This document shows positions 19,656 to 29,153 of a stretch of DNA of 46,549 nt, piece by piece. Position numbers and translations under genes: made by a program. The DNA is from a bacterium (lineage in GTDB: Bacteria; SZUA-182; DTGQ01; JAFGSM01), in the NCBI GenBank assembly GCA_049472315.1, contig JBLIRN010000022.1:1-46549 (forward strand), read 5' to 3'. Each line of letters starts with the position of its first letter. Position 1 is the stretch's first letter. The notes beneath the pieces are model-generated. The model made no database searches, was not told the origin of the DNA, and worked only from the letters and a program-made list of their open reading frames with translations.

Positions 19656-20426
19656 TTACTCCCCAGCGGAATCAACGTGATCGGGCTCCTCCTTCACGAA
19701 GATTCCGTCCTTTTCGATCCGGACGATCCTGACCCGGGTGTCTCGCTTGATGAAGATGCCATCTGCGATGATGTTCAGACGCCGGTCATCGAATTCCCCG
19801 ATGCCCGAGGGACACAGGTCGGAGATAGTCATGCCCGTATCCCCCACTGCTGCCCCCCTTTTTTTTGCAAGGGATTTCGTGGAGAAGAACATGGCAAGGA
19901 CTGCGCACGCCACAAGGAGGATATGGAAGAGGGCGACCAGAAATTCACCTGGCGTGGGATGCCTGCTGACAAGGCTCAGGGTGAATGCAAAGGCGATGAT
20001 GCTCATGCCGAGTATCCCCGGAAGACCGAATCCGGGGACGTATGCCTCCAGGATGAGCAGGAATATCCCGATTCCAAGCAGGAGGATCTCCTCCCAGCCC
20101 ACCAGTCCCATGGTCCAGTGGCCCCAGAAGAAGATGATCAGACAGATCACCCCGATGGTACCGGCGATTCCCCAGAAGGGGGTCCTGAACTCTATGATCA
20201 GGCCGAGGATGCCGAGGGCGAGGAGGAGGGAACTTATGAGGGTGCCTCTGGTGACGCGGAGCAACCGCGGGACATGCCCCAGATCGATTTCCCCCTTCGC
20301 CTCGACAAGGTTTACGGTCTTCCCCCTTCCGGGTCCTCCGTTGATGGCTGCACCGCACCATGGAGAAACAGCAAACACGATGAGCATGCAGAGGATCCCC
20401 GACAGTACCGGGGAGGTCTTTCCCAT
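19656..20426 (-). CDS. NfeD family membrane protein lacking most of the N-terminal protease domain
   Basis: LIIEFRTPFWGIAG and LILEAYVPGFGLPGILG TM segments, C-terminal OB fold (GMTISDLCPSGIG). GGAGG precedes ATG 20426. Confidence 0.8.
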   Translation of the reverse strand: MGKTSPVLSGILCMLIVFAVSPWCGAAINGGPGRGKTVNLVEAKGEIDLGHVPRLLRVTRGTLISSLLLALGILGLIIEFRTPFWGIAGTIGVICLIIFFWGHWTMGLVGWEEILLLGIGIFLLILEAYVPGFGLPGILGMSIIAFAFTLSLVSRHPTPGEFLVALFHILLVACAVLAMFFSTKSLAKKRGAAVGDTGMTISDLCPSGIGEFDDRRLNIIADGIFIKRDTRVRIVRIEKDGIFVKEEPDHVDSAGE

Positions 20427-20555
20427 AGGCCCTCCATATTCCGGGGCCACTATAGCAGAGACCTCGGGATTGCGCAATTACTCTTCCACCTGTGCCCTCG
20501 CATGTATTGACATCACCGAGGACGTTGCGATATACTCATTTTAACTCAGAGGGTT

Positions 20556-21407
20556 ATGCATATATCATTGATTCATCACCACAGGGGGCCTACGGTGAGC
20601 ATATTGGATACAAAGAGATTTATTGCAGTACTCGTGCTCTTCTCTTTCGTATTTTTTCCTGTAGCAGGCCGGGCCTCGGAACAGGCGACCGTGCTTTTCG
20701 AATCCGGGATCGCATCCTTTGACCGTGGTGACTATGCTCAGGCCCTGGAGTCTTTTAGGAAGGCCGTTGAGGAGAAGCCCGATTTTGCTCAGGCCTATTA
20801 CAACATAGGCATCATACACGACCAGCAGGAGCGGTTCAGTGATGCCATTGCGGCATACAAGAAGGTGCTTGAGATCGATCCCAGTACCGGTCTGGTGTTC
20901 GAGAATCTCGCCATGGACAGCTACCTGATGGGTAACGTTGAAGATGCCATGTACTATGCGAAGCTTGCGGAATCACGGGGCAAGCCAATCAACAGGATGC
21001 TGTATAACCAGATTTGGACCGAATACATGAAAAAGGCGAAGGGAACACTCGTTTGCCTCCCCGGCTCCGCCCCGGGCCCGCCCCAGGCGACAAAGGAGCA
21101 ACTCGAGTCTGAAATCGCCGGTCTTGAGAAGACATTGCAGGCACAGGAGGCAACCCCCGATGTGTTTCTCGAACTCGGGGTAAAGTATCGCCAGGTGGGG
21201 CATATCGACAAGGCGATCGAGATCCTCAACAGGGCCCGGGAAATGAACGGGAACGACCCACGGATATATGCTGAGCTTGCCGCCTGCTATTTCCTGGACG
21301 ACCAGCAATCCCTTTTCGTCACCAATATGGAGAAGGCCAGGAAGTTCGGGTACAGGCCCTCAGAGTCACTCCGGGACCTTCAGGCCCAGTCCCTTTCCAA
21401 GAAGTAA
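20556..21407 (+). CDS. Exported tetratricopeptide-repeat protein
   Basis: Signal-like N-terminus and TPR helices (AYYNIGIIH, AIAAYKKVLEIDP, LELGVKY). Alternative start GTG 20595. Confidence 0.82.
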   Translation: MHISLIHHHRGPTVSILDTKRFIAVLVLFSFVFFPVAGRASEQATVLFESGIASFDRGDYAQALESFRKAVEEKPDFAQAYYNIGIIHDQQERFSDAIAAYKKVLEIDPSTGLVFENLAMDSYLMGNVEDAMYYAKLAESRGKPINRMLYNQIWTEYMKKAKGTLVCLPGSAPGPPQATKEQLESEIAGLEKTLQAQEATPDVFLELGVKYRQVGHIDKAIEILNRAREMNGNDPRIYAELAACYFLDDQQSLFVTNMEKARKFGYRPSESLRDLQAQSLSKK

Positions 21408-22064
21408 TCCCCTTACCTCTTCCAGCGAGTCGCACACCATATCCGCATCCCGGAGGTGTTCCCGGGGAAGCGAGGTGGTGAGTGCAATGCAGAATATCCC
21501 CGCCTTCTTGGCGGATCGTATTCCGTACGGGGCGTTTTCGATGACCACCGCATCCGATGGTCTGATGTGCAAGCCTTCGATCGCCTTCAGGTAGGGGTCG
21601 GGGGCGGGTTTTCCGTGTTCCACGCTGTCCCCGGTCACCACCACGTCGAAGGAGTGGATAAGATTTCCAGGGAGCACGTAGTCGATTTCCCCCCTCGACG
21701 TGCCGGTCACCAGGCCGATGAGGTATCCCTCACCCCTGAGGTCGCGGACCAGGGATTCGACACCAGGAAAAAGGCGGTGGGCTGCCATTCCCTTGAAGAT
21801 GGCCTCCTTTCTTTGAAGGAGCTGATCCATCTGCTCAGGGCTGAATTGTATTCCGTGCTCGGTAAGGATGGCGGCGATGCTCCGTATCCCCTGTTCGCCT
21901 TCCCGTTTGTATATCTCCATCTTATCGAGACCGATGCCCAGGGATCGAAACACCTCCTGCCAGGCACGGTAGTGGTAGGGCATGGAATCGACCACCACTC
22001 CATCCATGTCGAACAGGACCGCCTTATAAATGGATGTCTTAGACAAATGCGTCCCTCGGGTCAT
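21366..22064 (-). CDS. HAD-family phosphatase (beta-phosphoglucomutase-like)
   Basis: FDMDGVVVDS, GKPAPDPY, VIENAPYG. Confidence 0.9.
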   Translation of the reverse strand: MTRGTHLSKTSIYKAVLFDMDGVVVDSMPYHYRAWQEVFRSLGIGLDKMEIYKREGEQGIRSIAAILTEHGIQFSPEQMDQLLQRKEAIFKGMAAHRLFPGVESLVRDLRGEGYLIGLVTGTSRGEIDYVLPGNLIHSFDVVVTGDSVEHGKPAPDPYLKAIEGLHIRPSDAVVIENAPYGIRSAKKAGIFCIALTTSLPREHLRDADMVCDSLEEVRGLLLGKGLGLKVPE

Positions 22065-22448
22065 ATGCCGGATGTTCGATGATTATTCATGGGTTGTTTG
22101 ATTGCTGTTTTACCTTGATTGAGGATTATATACCCCGTGCAATCATATTTTGTTCAAACGACAAGTGGGTATTATAGGAAAGTTTCCAGGAAAAGTGTAG
22201 TGGGCGGACGCATTGCCGTTAACCGGACGCACATGATAATCTTACGTAATTCTCGAGGGACTGATTCCCTGAAGCATGTCGAGTTATCATATCAATGCCA
22301 TGCCGTGATAGCCTGTCTGTATAGGGTGGGTTTATCATCGATTCGCTGCGGCGAATAGTATTAATCGAGCAGGGGTGAATCATTAATGGCGGATATATCA
22401 TCAATTCGATAGGGGTGAATAGTATTAAAGAGGTTTGAGAAGGACGGT

Positions 22449-22949
22449 ATGATCGCATGTGTTGATGTCCACTATAGGGGCGAGGATGCGGTTGCCGCGT
22501 GCATCCTGTTCAGGGACTGGCCGGATGCTGCGGGCATAGGGCATCGTATCGAATATGTTCGCGGTGTCAGGCAGTATGAGCCGGGCAGGTTTTACCTGCG
22601 CGAGCTTCCCTGTCTCCTTGCCGTCCTGCGGAAGATGACCGACCCTCTCGAGTGCATCGTGATCGACGGGTACGTGTGGCTCGGTGAAGAAGCCAGCCCC
22701 GGGCTGGGTGCTCATCTTTTCCAGACACTGGGATGTTCGGTGCCGGTGATAGGGGTGGCGAAGAGCAGGTTCAGGGCGGCAGGGACCGCGCGGGAGGTTT
22801 TCAGGGGCGGGAGCGGACGTCCTCTCTATGTCACCGCCGCAGGCATCGATCCGGATGACGCGGCCCGCTGCATCCGGAACATGCATGGGGGCCACCGCAT
22901 TCCCACGCTCCTCAGGCAGGTGGACCGGTTGTGCCGCTCAGGGTCATAA
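22449..22949 (+). CDS. nfi: Endonuclease V family protein
   Basis: CVDVHY, YEPGRFYLRELP, VIDGYV, VIGVAKS, HRIPTLLRQVD. Confidence 0.85.
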   Translation: MIACVDVHYRGEDAVAACILFRDWPDAAGIGHRIEYVRGVRQYEPGRFYLRELPCLLAVLRKMTDPLECIVIDGYVWLGEEASPGLGAHLFQTLGCSVPVIGVAKSRFRAAGTAREVFRGGSGRPLYVTAAGIDPDDAARCIRNMHGGHRIPTLLRQVDRLCRSGS

Positions 22950-23069
22950 TAGAATCTGGCAATTATGGATCGTCAGTCCTTTCCTTCTCCCCCTTTTCTC
23001 GATCACGGGATATAATGATTCCATGCATATTCCAAAGCGTTTTGGCACGTTCGATATGCGCAACCGGGT

Positions 23070-23440
23070 ACACATCCGTTACACCCGTCCAGGCCGCCCT
23101 GAAGTCATCGGTGGTACAATATCAGCGGGGCGAGACGATGATGCATGGATATCTTGTGCATGATGAGGCGATCCGGATCAAACGGCCTGGTGTTCTTGTC
23201 GTCCACGAATGGTGGGATTTGAACGATCATGCCCGGGCCGTGGCGGACGCCCTTGCAAAGGCAGGGTATGTAGCGCTGGCGGTTGACATGCACGGGGAGG
23301 GGAAAATACCGATCATCCCGAGAAGGCAGGTGAATGGTCCAGGTTTATACGAGAAAATGACCGGATCGGACAGGGGTGATTTATGGCGGCCTATAGGTGC
23401 TTGAGGTCCACCCCGCGGTCGATGCGAATAAGGCACCCCC
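23070..23440 (+). pseudogene. Dienelactone hydrolase family pseudogene fragment
   Basis: HGYLVHD..KRPGVLVVHEWWDLND..LAKAGYVALAVDMHGEGK, then a frameshift (continues as TDHPEKAGEWS), an in-frame TGA, and truncation against the convergent NTPase gene. Boundaries approximate. Confidence 0.75.
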
Positions 23441-23442
23441 TT

Positions 23443-23964
23443 TCAGCCCCGAAAGAATGCAGCCGGCAGGCCGTTTCTGTTTTCCCGGGTGACCAGGATC
23501 AGAGATACGTCGTTCCTTCCCTGTATCCTCTGGATGAACCGGTCTCCCTTGAGGCAGATCGATCCGATCACCTGGTTTGGGGCATTCAGGGCATCGAGGA
23601 GTGCCTTTTTAAAGAGGGGTGAGAGGCACTCCATCTTCCCGATCTCATCGATCACCACGATCTCATCGGGATCAGAAGGAAGCATGGAGGGCACGGCAAC
23701 GCGGTTGATGTCCTCGATATTGACGCCGTATCTCCCCACGCTGATCGGGCCTTCAATGCGTATATGGGCGAGAATCCCCTCCCTGCCGTCCATCGTGGTT
23801 ATGGCAAATCCGACCCTCGCGCCCTTCTCCCGTATCTCGCTCGTATAGAAACCGGTCATCGGCTTCTTCAGCCCCTGGGCGATTGTCCGGATGAGGGTGG
23901 ATTTCCCGCACCCGGGCGGTCCGGTAAAGAGCGTATTGGACGTCTTACGGGCAGGCGAGGTCAC
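23443..23964 (-). CDS. NTPase (THEP1 / nucleoside-triphosphatase family)
   Basis: TGPPGCGKST, GFYTSEIRE, VIDEIGKME. Confidence 0.88.
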   Translation of the reverse strand: MTSPARKTSNTLFTGPPGCGKSTLIRTIAQGLKKPMTGFYTSEIREKGARVGFAITTMDGREGILAHIRIEGPISVGRYGVNIEDINRVAVPSMLPSDPDEIVVIDEIGKMECLSPLFKKALLDALNAPNQVIGSICLKGDRFIQRIQGRNDVSLILVTRENRNGLPAAFFRG

Positions 23965-24367
23965 GGTTCCAGGAGGTCTTTTCTATGAATTTCTTTATAT
24001 TCGCCTCGATGATATCGGCGACCATCTCGTATGCCTGCACCCCCTCCCCGTAGGGATCGGGGATCTCCCATTGGATTGTATCTCCGTTGAAATAGTAAGG
24101 GATAATCCTTTCCAGGGGAAAGGATGCCATGCCGATGATATAATCCATCTCCGCAATGGGGATCTCCTCGAGCCCCTTTGAATACTGGTCGGAGATGTCG
24201 ATTCCTCTCCTCGCCATGATCTCGTACACCCCATTGGCAACCATCCCCAGGGGGGCAATTCCTGCCGAATACGCCTTGTATAGTCCCTCACCGAGCACCT
24301 TTGAGAGACCCTCGGCGATCTGGCTGCGGCATGCATTGGCATAGCAAATAAAGGCAACCTTTTTCAT
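23945..24367 (-). CDS. Arsenate reductase / low-molecular-weight phosphatase family protein
   Basis: CX5R motif CYANACRSQIAEG, SAG, WEIPDP. Confidence 0.85.
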   Translation of the reverse strand: MKKVAFICYANACRSQIAEGLSKVLGEGLYKAYSAGIAPLGMVANGVYEIMARRGIDISDQYSKGLEEIPIAEMDYIIGMASFPLERIIPYYFNGDTIQWEIPDPYGEGVQAYEMVADIIEANIKKFIEKTSWNRDLACP

Positions 24368-24607
24368 TGTGCAATCCCTTTTTGGGGTTATGAATTGTTT
24401 GTACCAGGGAATGCGATATCACCATGGTCATGCACATCCCCTTGCACGGTCCCTCCGGTAGGGGGCAGGTGGAGGAAGCGTCATTATTTGTATATGTTTC
24501 AGTATGTTATAAAGAAAGAACGATATGAAAAAAGTTATTATAAAATAATTTTACAATAAAATAAAATTGTAAAGCATTAACCCTGCCTTCCGGAATGACC
24601 CCGGCAA

Positions 24608-25351
24608 TCACCACAGGAATCCGGCTTTAACATGGTGCAGTGATTTGAAAATGTTGTGTTTTACGCCTGGTGCCTCCCGCTCCAGCTTTGCCAGGAACTC
24701 CTTGATGAATCGCCTTTTCGATCTGACCCTTTCCGGGCAGGGATGATCGAGTACAGGGAATGAATGCCTCCATGCGTATTGCTGCAGAAGCCTTTCCTCC
24801 ACCAGGGCTAGGGGGCGTATAATGATGAATCTGCCGCCGAAGGTCTCCTGCCTGGGCAGCATGGTACTGATCTCCCGAGAGAAGAGGATATTCAGGAGAA
24901 GGGTTTCGATCACATCGTCCCTGTGGTGCCCCATGGCGATCTTTGCACATCCGAGCCTTGCGGCAATCTCATGCAGCCTCTTGCGGCGCATCCTGGCACA
25001 CAGGAAGCATGGATTCTTGCCGTTTCCGGGCTGATGGGCCTTCTTGAAGATGGCGGTCTCCTCCACCCGGAGGGTGCTTCCGCATTCTTCAATATATCTG
25101 CGCGCCTTCTCGATTCCTTCACGCCAGGTAGGGGAGGGGAATCCCGGGTCGATGAGCACAGGGAAAAGGACCGGAGGGGGCTGAAGCGATAAACCACCGG
25201 GTATCACCTTCAGGAGGAGGTGCAGGAGGCCGAAGCTGTCCTTTCCTCCTGAAAAGGAAAGCAGGATACGGTCCCCCGGGGCGATGAGCCCGAAGCGATG
25301 GTTTGCCTCGGTAATGCATCGCATGATGCGGGCCTCCAGGGGCACGGTCAT
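24608..25351 (-). CDS. ttcA: tRNA 2-thiocytidine(32) synthetase TtcA family
   Basis: SGGKDS PP-loop, PCFLCARMRR, GHHRDD, IIRPL. Confidence 0.85.
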   Translation of the reverse strand: MTVPLEARIMRCITEANHRFGLIAPGDRILLSFSGGKDSFGLLHLLLKVIPGGLSLQPPPVLFPVLIDPGFPSPTWREGIEKARRYIEECGSTLRVEETAIFKKAHQPGNGKNPCFLCARMRRKRLHEIAARLGCAKIAMGHHRDDVIETLLLNILFSREISTMLPRQETFGGRFIIIRPLALVEERLLQQYAWRHSFPVLDHPCPERVRSKRRFIKEFLAKLEREAPGVKHNIFKSLHHVKAGFLW

Positions 25352-26604
25352 GGTCTCTTCCCCGATCCACCCGCACTTATTAATCGGACAGGGCTCAAAC
25401 CGATTGCTTCATTGTACTGTTCCAATGATATTCCCTTATCCCATATTTTTAATTACGCTGCTATAATCAAAACCACTCGACATGATCGGCGTCATGGGCG
25501 GAAGTCGGTCCTGATTTTACACTCGAATACCCATCGCTATTCCCGGTGATGCATCCATTGCCTGTGGATTGAGAAACATGGAAAAGGTCGGCGATAAATG
25601 GGAACTCCCGCGTGAAAATGTCGTTTCAGAAAAAGGGATACAGAAATGAACCACCGCGTGATCCGACAGGGGCACACGTCTAGCATTGGACAGCCACTAT
25701 TATATAGCAGTTATCAAAAATGTGGAATAGGTCCCAACAGACTTCTATGAAACGACACTGGACCGGTGCCGTGCGGATTGCAGCATCCCATCCAAAGCTG
25801 TTCGACTATCTGCATTTGCCGGATCGTTCGAGTCGTAACCATGGAGAAAACATTCCCGTCTCTTTTAAAGAATTGATTTGTGCATTATAATATGATTAGA
25901 AGATACATGTGTATTGTTAAAAAAATTATGATCATGCGGCGGAATGCCGGAATAATGATATTTAAATACAGTAACATGGAAACATGTGGTCATGGTATGA
26001 TAATTGCTTGCTAATTATTATTAGAGGCATCCCTCTGGCGAAGAAAAAGATTACATCCCTGTTTTTTAACTTCATTCGTTTTCCAGGTACTATCATATAT
26101 CGACGACAGTGAGAAAAGAGATGATATGATATGGCCTTGTATTTGGTTGTTATTTTTTTGATTATTGTCAACCTTTATCTTTTGTCTCTGCGTTTTGACA
26201 CCATTTTTTATTCCCCTTCGGCAAATAGAGTTTATGAGTGCCTGTATGTTCCACAATGGTTTTTCTCGATTGCCATGGACCCCCGCGAACACTATGTGTA
26301 TGATACCCGTAAATGGACATCCCTTTTCAAGATGGTTGCCGCTCTCCTCCTGTCCTGGGCCCCCCCTCTTCAATTGCCTGTTCGTTCCGTTTTTCCCCAT
26401 GGTGCGATTTTTTATGCTTGCGGGTCATAGGCTTTAGACATATGAGCATAATTTTATATACTACATTGATTCAAGCAGTTTCTTGGATCATCCCTGAGAA
26501 GGGTACGTTTATCTTAATGCGAAGGGGGTGTTAATGGAGAACAAAAGACGCAGTACTGTTTGAGAATACCGATACATAGACAATCCTTTTTGAGGAGGTG
26601 GGTG

Positions 26605-27402
26605 ATGATTTCAAAAAGGGCAAATCGACTGTTTTTTATTGGTATCACGGTTCTCATTGTATCACTCTCATTATGCCTGCCCAGTGCCCATGGGCAATGG
26701 GGGTACGGCTATCCCCAGTATGGGTACGGACCTCAGTATGGGTACGGACCTCAGTATGGGTACGGACCTCAGTATGGGTACGGACCTCAGTACGGGTACG
26801 GACCTCAGTACGGGTACGGACCTCAGTACGGGTACGGACCTCAGTACGGGTATGGACCTCAGTACGGGTACGGACCTCAGTATGGGTACGGACCTCAGTA
26901 CGGGTACGGATATGGCTACCAGCGCCAGGGATATGGATACCCTCAGTATGGATACGGGCCTCAGTATGGATACGGTTACCAGTATCCCCAGTACGGATAT
27001 CCCCAGTACGGATATCCCCAGTACGGATACCAAAACCCGTATCAGTATGGATACCAGTACCCATACACCACACCCCAGTATGAAGATGCCGATCTTGAGC
27101 TTGATTCGGCAGACAACGGAGACGACTTCACTGTGGATGTGGGGGACACCATCAGTATCATACTTTCGTCGAACCAGTCATCAGGCTATCAGTGGGTGCT
27201 CGATACCGGTGAGCTCGATGACGATATCGTCGACAAGGACAGTTCCCAATATTTTCCCGCGTATAATATGTACACAGCCGGAACCGAACAGTGGATCTTC
27301 GAGGCGCAGGAAGTTGGGGAAACCACCATACGACTGGAATATATGTATGGATTATATACGGTCCAGAGTACCTTCGAGGTGGAGATCACTGTTGAGGAAT
27401 AG
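26605..27402 (+). CDS. Secreted protein: signal peptide, Tyr/Gly/Gln/Pro low-complexity repeat region, C-terminal chagasin-like (inhibitor I42) domain
   Basis: AGGAGGTG SD before ATG 26605; signal peptide ending PSAHG; (YGYGPQ)10 plus degenerate units; C-terminus GDTISIILSSNQSSGYQW...AGTEQWIFEA..VGETTIRLEY. Confidence 0.8.
   Translation: MISKRANRLFFIGITVLIVSLSLCLPSAHGQWGYGYPQYGYGPQYGYGPQYGYGPQYGYGPQYGYGPQYGYGPQYGYGPQYGYGPQYGYGPQYGYGPQYGYGYGYQRQGYGYPQYGYGPQYGYGYQYPQYGYPQYGYPQYGYQNPYQYGYQYPYTTPQYEDADLELDSADNGDDFTVDVGDTISIILSSNQSSGYQWVLDTGELDDDIVDKDSSQYFPAYNMYTAGTEQWIFEAQEVGETTIRLEYMYGLYTVQSTFEVEITVEE
26719..26898 (+). repeat. Ten tandem copies of an 18-bp coding repeat TAYGGGTAYGGACCTCAG (YGYGPQ)
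   Basis: Counted directly. Copies differ only at synonymous Tyr codon positions; degenerate units continue to about 27060. Confidence 0.97.
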
Positions 27403-27494
27403 GGTATTGTTCACGAGATAGACTGACGGGGCGAGAGAAGCTGTAAGTGAGAAGGAGATCTCTTTTCCGGGAATGGGGCGCTCGATAATCGGGG

Positions 27495-28277
27495 TTATGC
27501 ATTCCCTCCCTCTTTGAATACCGCTATGACCGGGGCATGATCGGAGGGGAGCTTGCCCTTGCGCTCCTCCCGGTCGATCTCTGCCAGGACCATGCGCTGT
27601 GCCATGGGTCCGGTGACGAGAAGGTGGTCGATGCGGAGGCCGTCGTTCTTGGGAAAGGCGAGCATCCGATAATCCCACCAGGAGAAGACCCCTCCCTTCG
27701 GGTGGGTTATGCGCACCAGATCCACCAGACCCCAGTCGCAAATCCTCCGCAACGCCCTCCGGCCGTCCTCGTGGCACAAAACGGTGTTGCGCCATGAATC
27801 CGGGTTCGCCACGTCCTTGTCATCGGGGGCGATATTGAAGTCCCCGCACAGCACAAGGTTTTCCGCAGGATCGGCGTGCGTGTCCAGGTAGGTGCGGAGC
27901 CGGCTCATCCACGTCAGCTTGTACTCCCACTTGTCTGAGCCCACTGTGCCCCCGTTGGGAACATAGACGGAGGCGACGCGCACATCCCCGATCCGGCATG
28001 CGATGAAGCGGGCCTGGGACTCGTCCCCCTCATCCTGGAAGCTGCGCTCCACATCACCAGGTTCATGGGGTGACAGAATGGCGACCCCGTTGTAGGTCTT
28101 CTGCCCCCTCACCACTGCCCGATATCCTGCCTCCTGGAGAGGCTCGAACGGGAATGCGTATTCCTCTGCCTTAAGCTCCTGGAGACACATGACATCCGGC
28201 TTGTTCTTATTCAGCCAGCCAAGAAGACGCTCCAGGCGGGAGCGAATGGAATTGACGTTCCATGTGGCGATCTTCAT
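27495..28277 (-). CDS. xth: Exodeoxyribonuclease III
   Basis: MKIATWNVNSIR, LQELK, YNGVAI, SVYVPNG, GDFNIAP, FSWWDYR, GLRIDH, SDHAPV. Confidence 0.97.
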   Translation of the reverse strand: MKIATWNVNSIRSRLERLLGWLNKNKPDVMCLQELKAEEYAFPFEPLQEAGYRAVVRGQKTYNGVAILSPHEPGDVERSFQDEGDESQARFIACRIGDVRVASVYVPNGGTVGSDKWEYKLTWMSRLRTYLDTHADPAENLVLCGDFNIAPDDKDVANPDSWRNTVLCHEDGRRALRRICDWGLVDLVRITHPKGGVFSWWDYRMLAFPKNDGLRIDHLLVTGPMAQRMVLAEIDREERKGKLPSDHAPVIAVFKEGGNA

Positions 28278-28293
28278 TGCAGGGACCTCCCCT

Positions 28294-29088
28294 TTAAAAA
28301 TCGATGATGAGCGAGGTCAGGAAGGTGGCATCCGTATGTTTTTCTACGTCTTCGGGCTTGAGATTCTGATACGAGAGGGTGTAGCTGACCCCGAGGGAGA
28401 TATGTTTGTTCACCTTGACGCTCAAGGAGGATTCGGAATCGATGAAGTATTTCTTGCTCTGTTCGGTTGAGACCAGGTACTCCAGGATCTGCTTGAACCT
28501 GAAATTCTCAGTGATCTGCCATTTATAGTCCATCTGCGCCTTGGGCGACACGTAGGAGTCGGTGTGCCCGGTGCTGTCATACCGATCGAAATGATAGAGG
28601 GAGGAAAGCAGGGACTTCAGTCGGTGCCTGTCCGTGGTGATGAGGTCATATCCTAATCCGGGTCCGCCGGATGCCCGGTAATCGTACCCGGAAAACTTGT
28701 CTTCCATATAGCTTCCTGACAGGAACCAGAAGAACCGCTTGGTGAATGTCCGCTCCCAACGGGCGTCCACGGCCCACTTGTTCTGCGTTTTCTCGTCGTT
28801 GTCCTCTCCGTACAGGACATTGCCCTTGATGAAGTATCGATTTGACTCCCCCTCCCTGGAAGCGTCTAACTTTGCAGAGAGGGATATGGTATCGGTGTTT
28901 CCCATGGTATTCACGTATGATAATTCCATATGCTTTTCCCACAGGGACTTCTCCCCTTCCCCCTCGGTTGCCATGACGGCGGGTGCGGCAACGAACATCC
29001 CAAGGCAGACAATGACTGCCGTCACCAGGGCAATGGTCTTCAATCCTTGCCCCCTGAGCGGTTTCAAACAGATTACCCATACGGTCAT
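28294..29088 (-). CDS. DUF481 / YdiY-like outer-membrane beta-barrel protein
   Basis: Signal peptide, TMGNTDT, DKFSGYDYR..GPGLGY, amphipathic strands and terminal Phe. Confidence 0.82.
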   Translation of the reverse strand: MTVWVICLKPLRGQGLKTIALVTAVIVCLGMFVAAPAVMATEGEGEKSLWEKHMELSYVNTMGNTDTISLSAKLDASREGESNRYFIKGNVLYGEDNDEKTQNKWAVDARWERTFTKRFFWFLSGSYMEDKFSGYDYRASGGPGLGYDLITTDRHRLKSLLSSLYHFDRYDSTGHTDSYVSPKAQMDYKWQITENFRFKQILEYLVSTEQSKKYFIDSESSLSVKVNKHISLGVSYTLSYQNLKPEDVEKHTDATFLTSLIIDF

Positions 29089-29153
29089 GGTCTATGGTCC
29101 CCCCTTGCTCGCGATGTGGGGCCGAGGCAACCCCTGTCACGTATACCTTCGCC

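Noticed and set aside
25962..26534. Short overlapping ORFs in the AT-rich gap
   Set aside because: They overlap one another on both strands and have no recognisable motifs.
26719..26898. Possible CRISPR array
   Set aside because: Units are contiguous 18-mers without unique spacers, vary only at synonymous positions, and no cas genes are present.
26598..27421. Alternative-frame repeat ORFs (VRTSVW, STGTDL and antisense versions)
   Set aside because: Shadows of the stop-free repeat. Only the YGYGPQ frame has a signal peptide, a recognisable C-terminal domain and purely synonymous variation.
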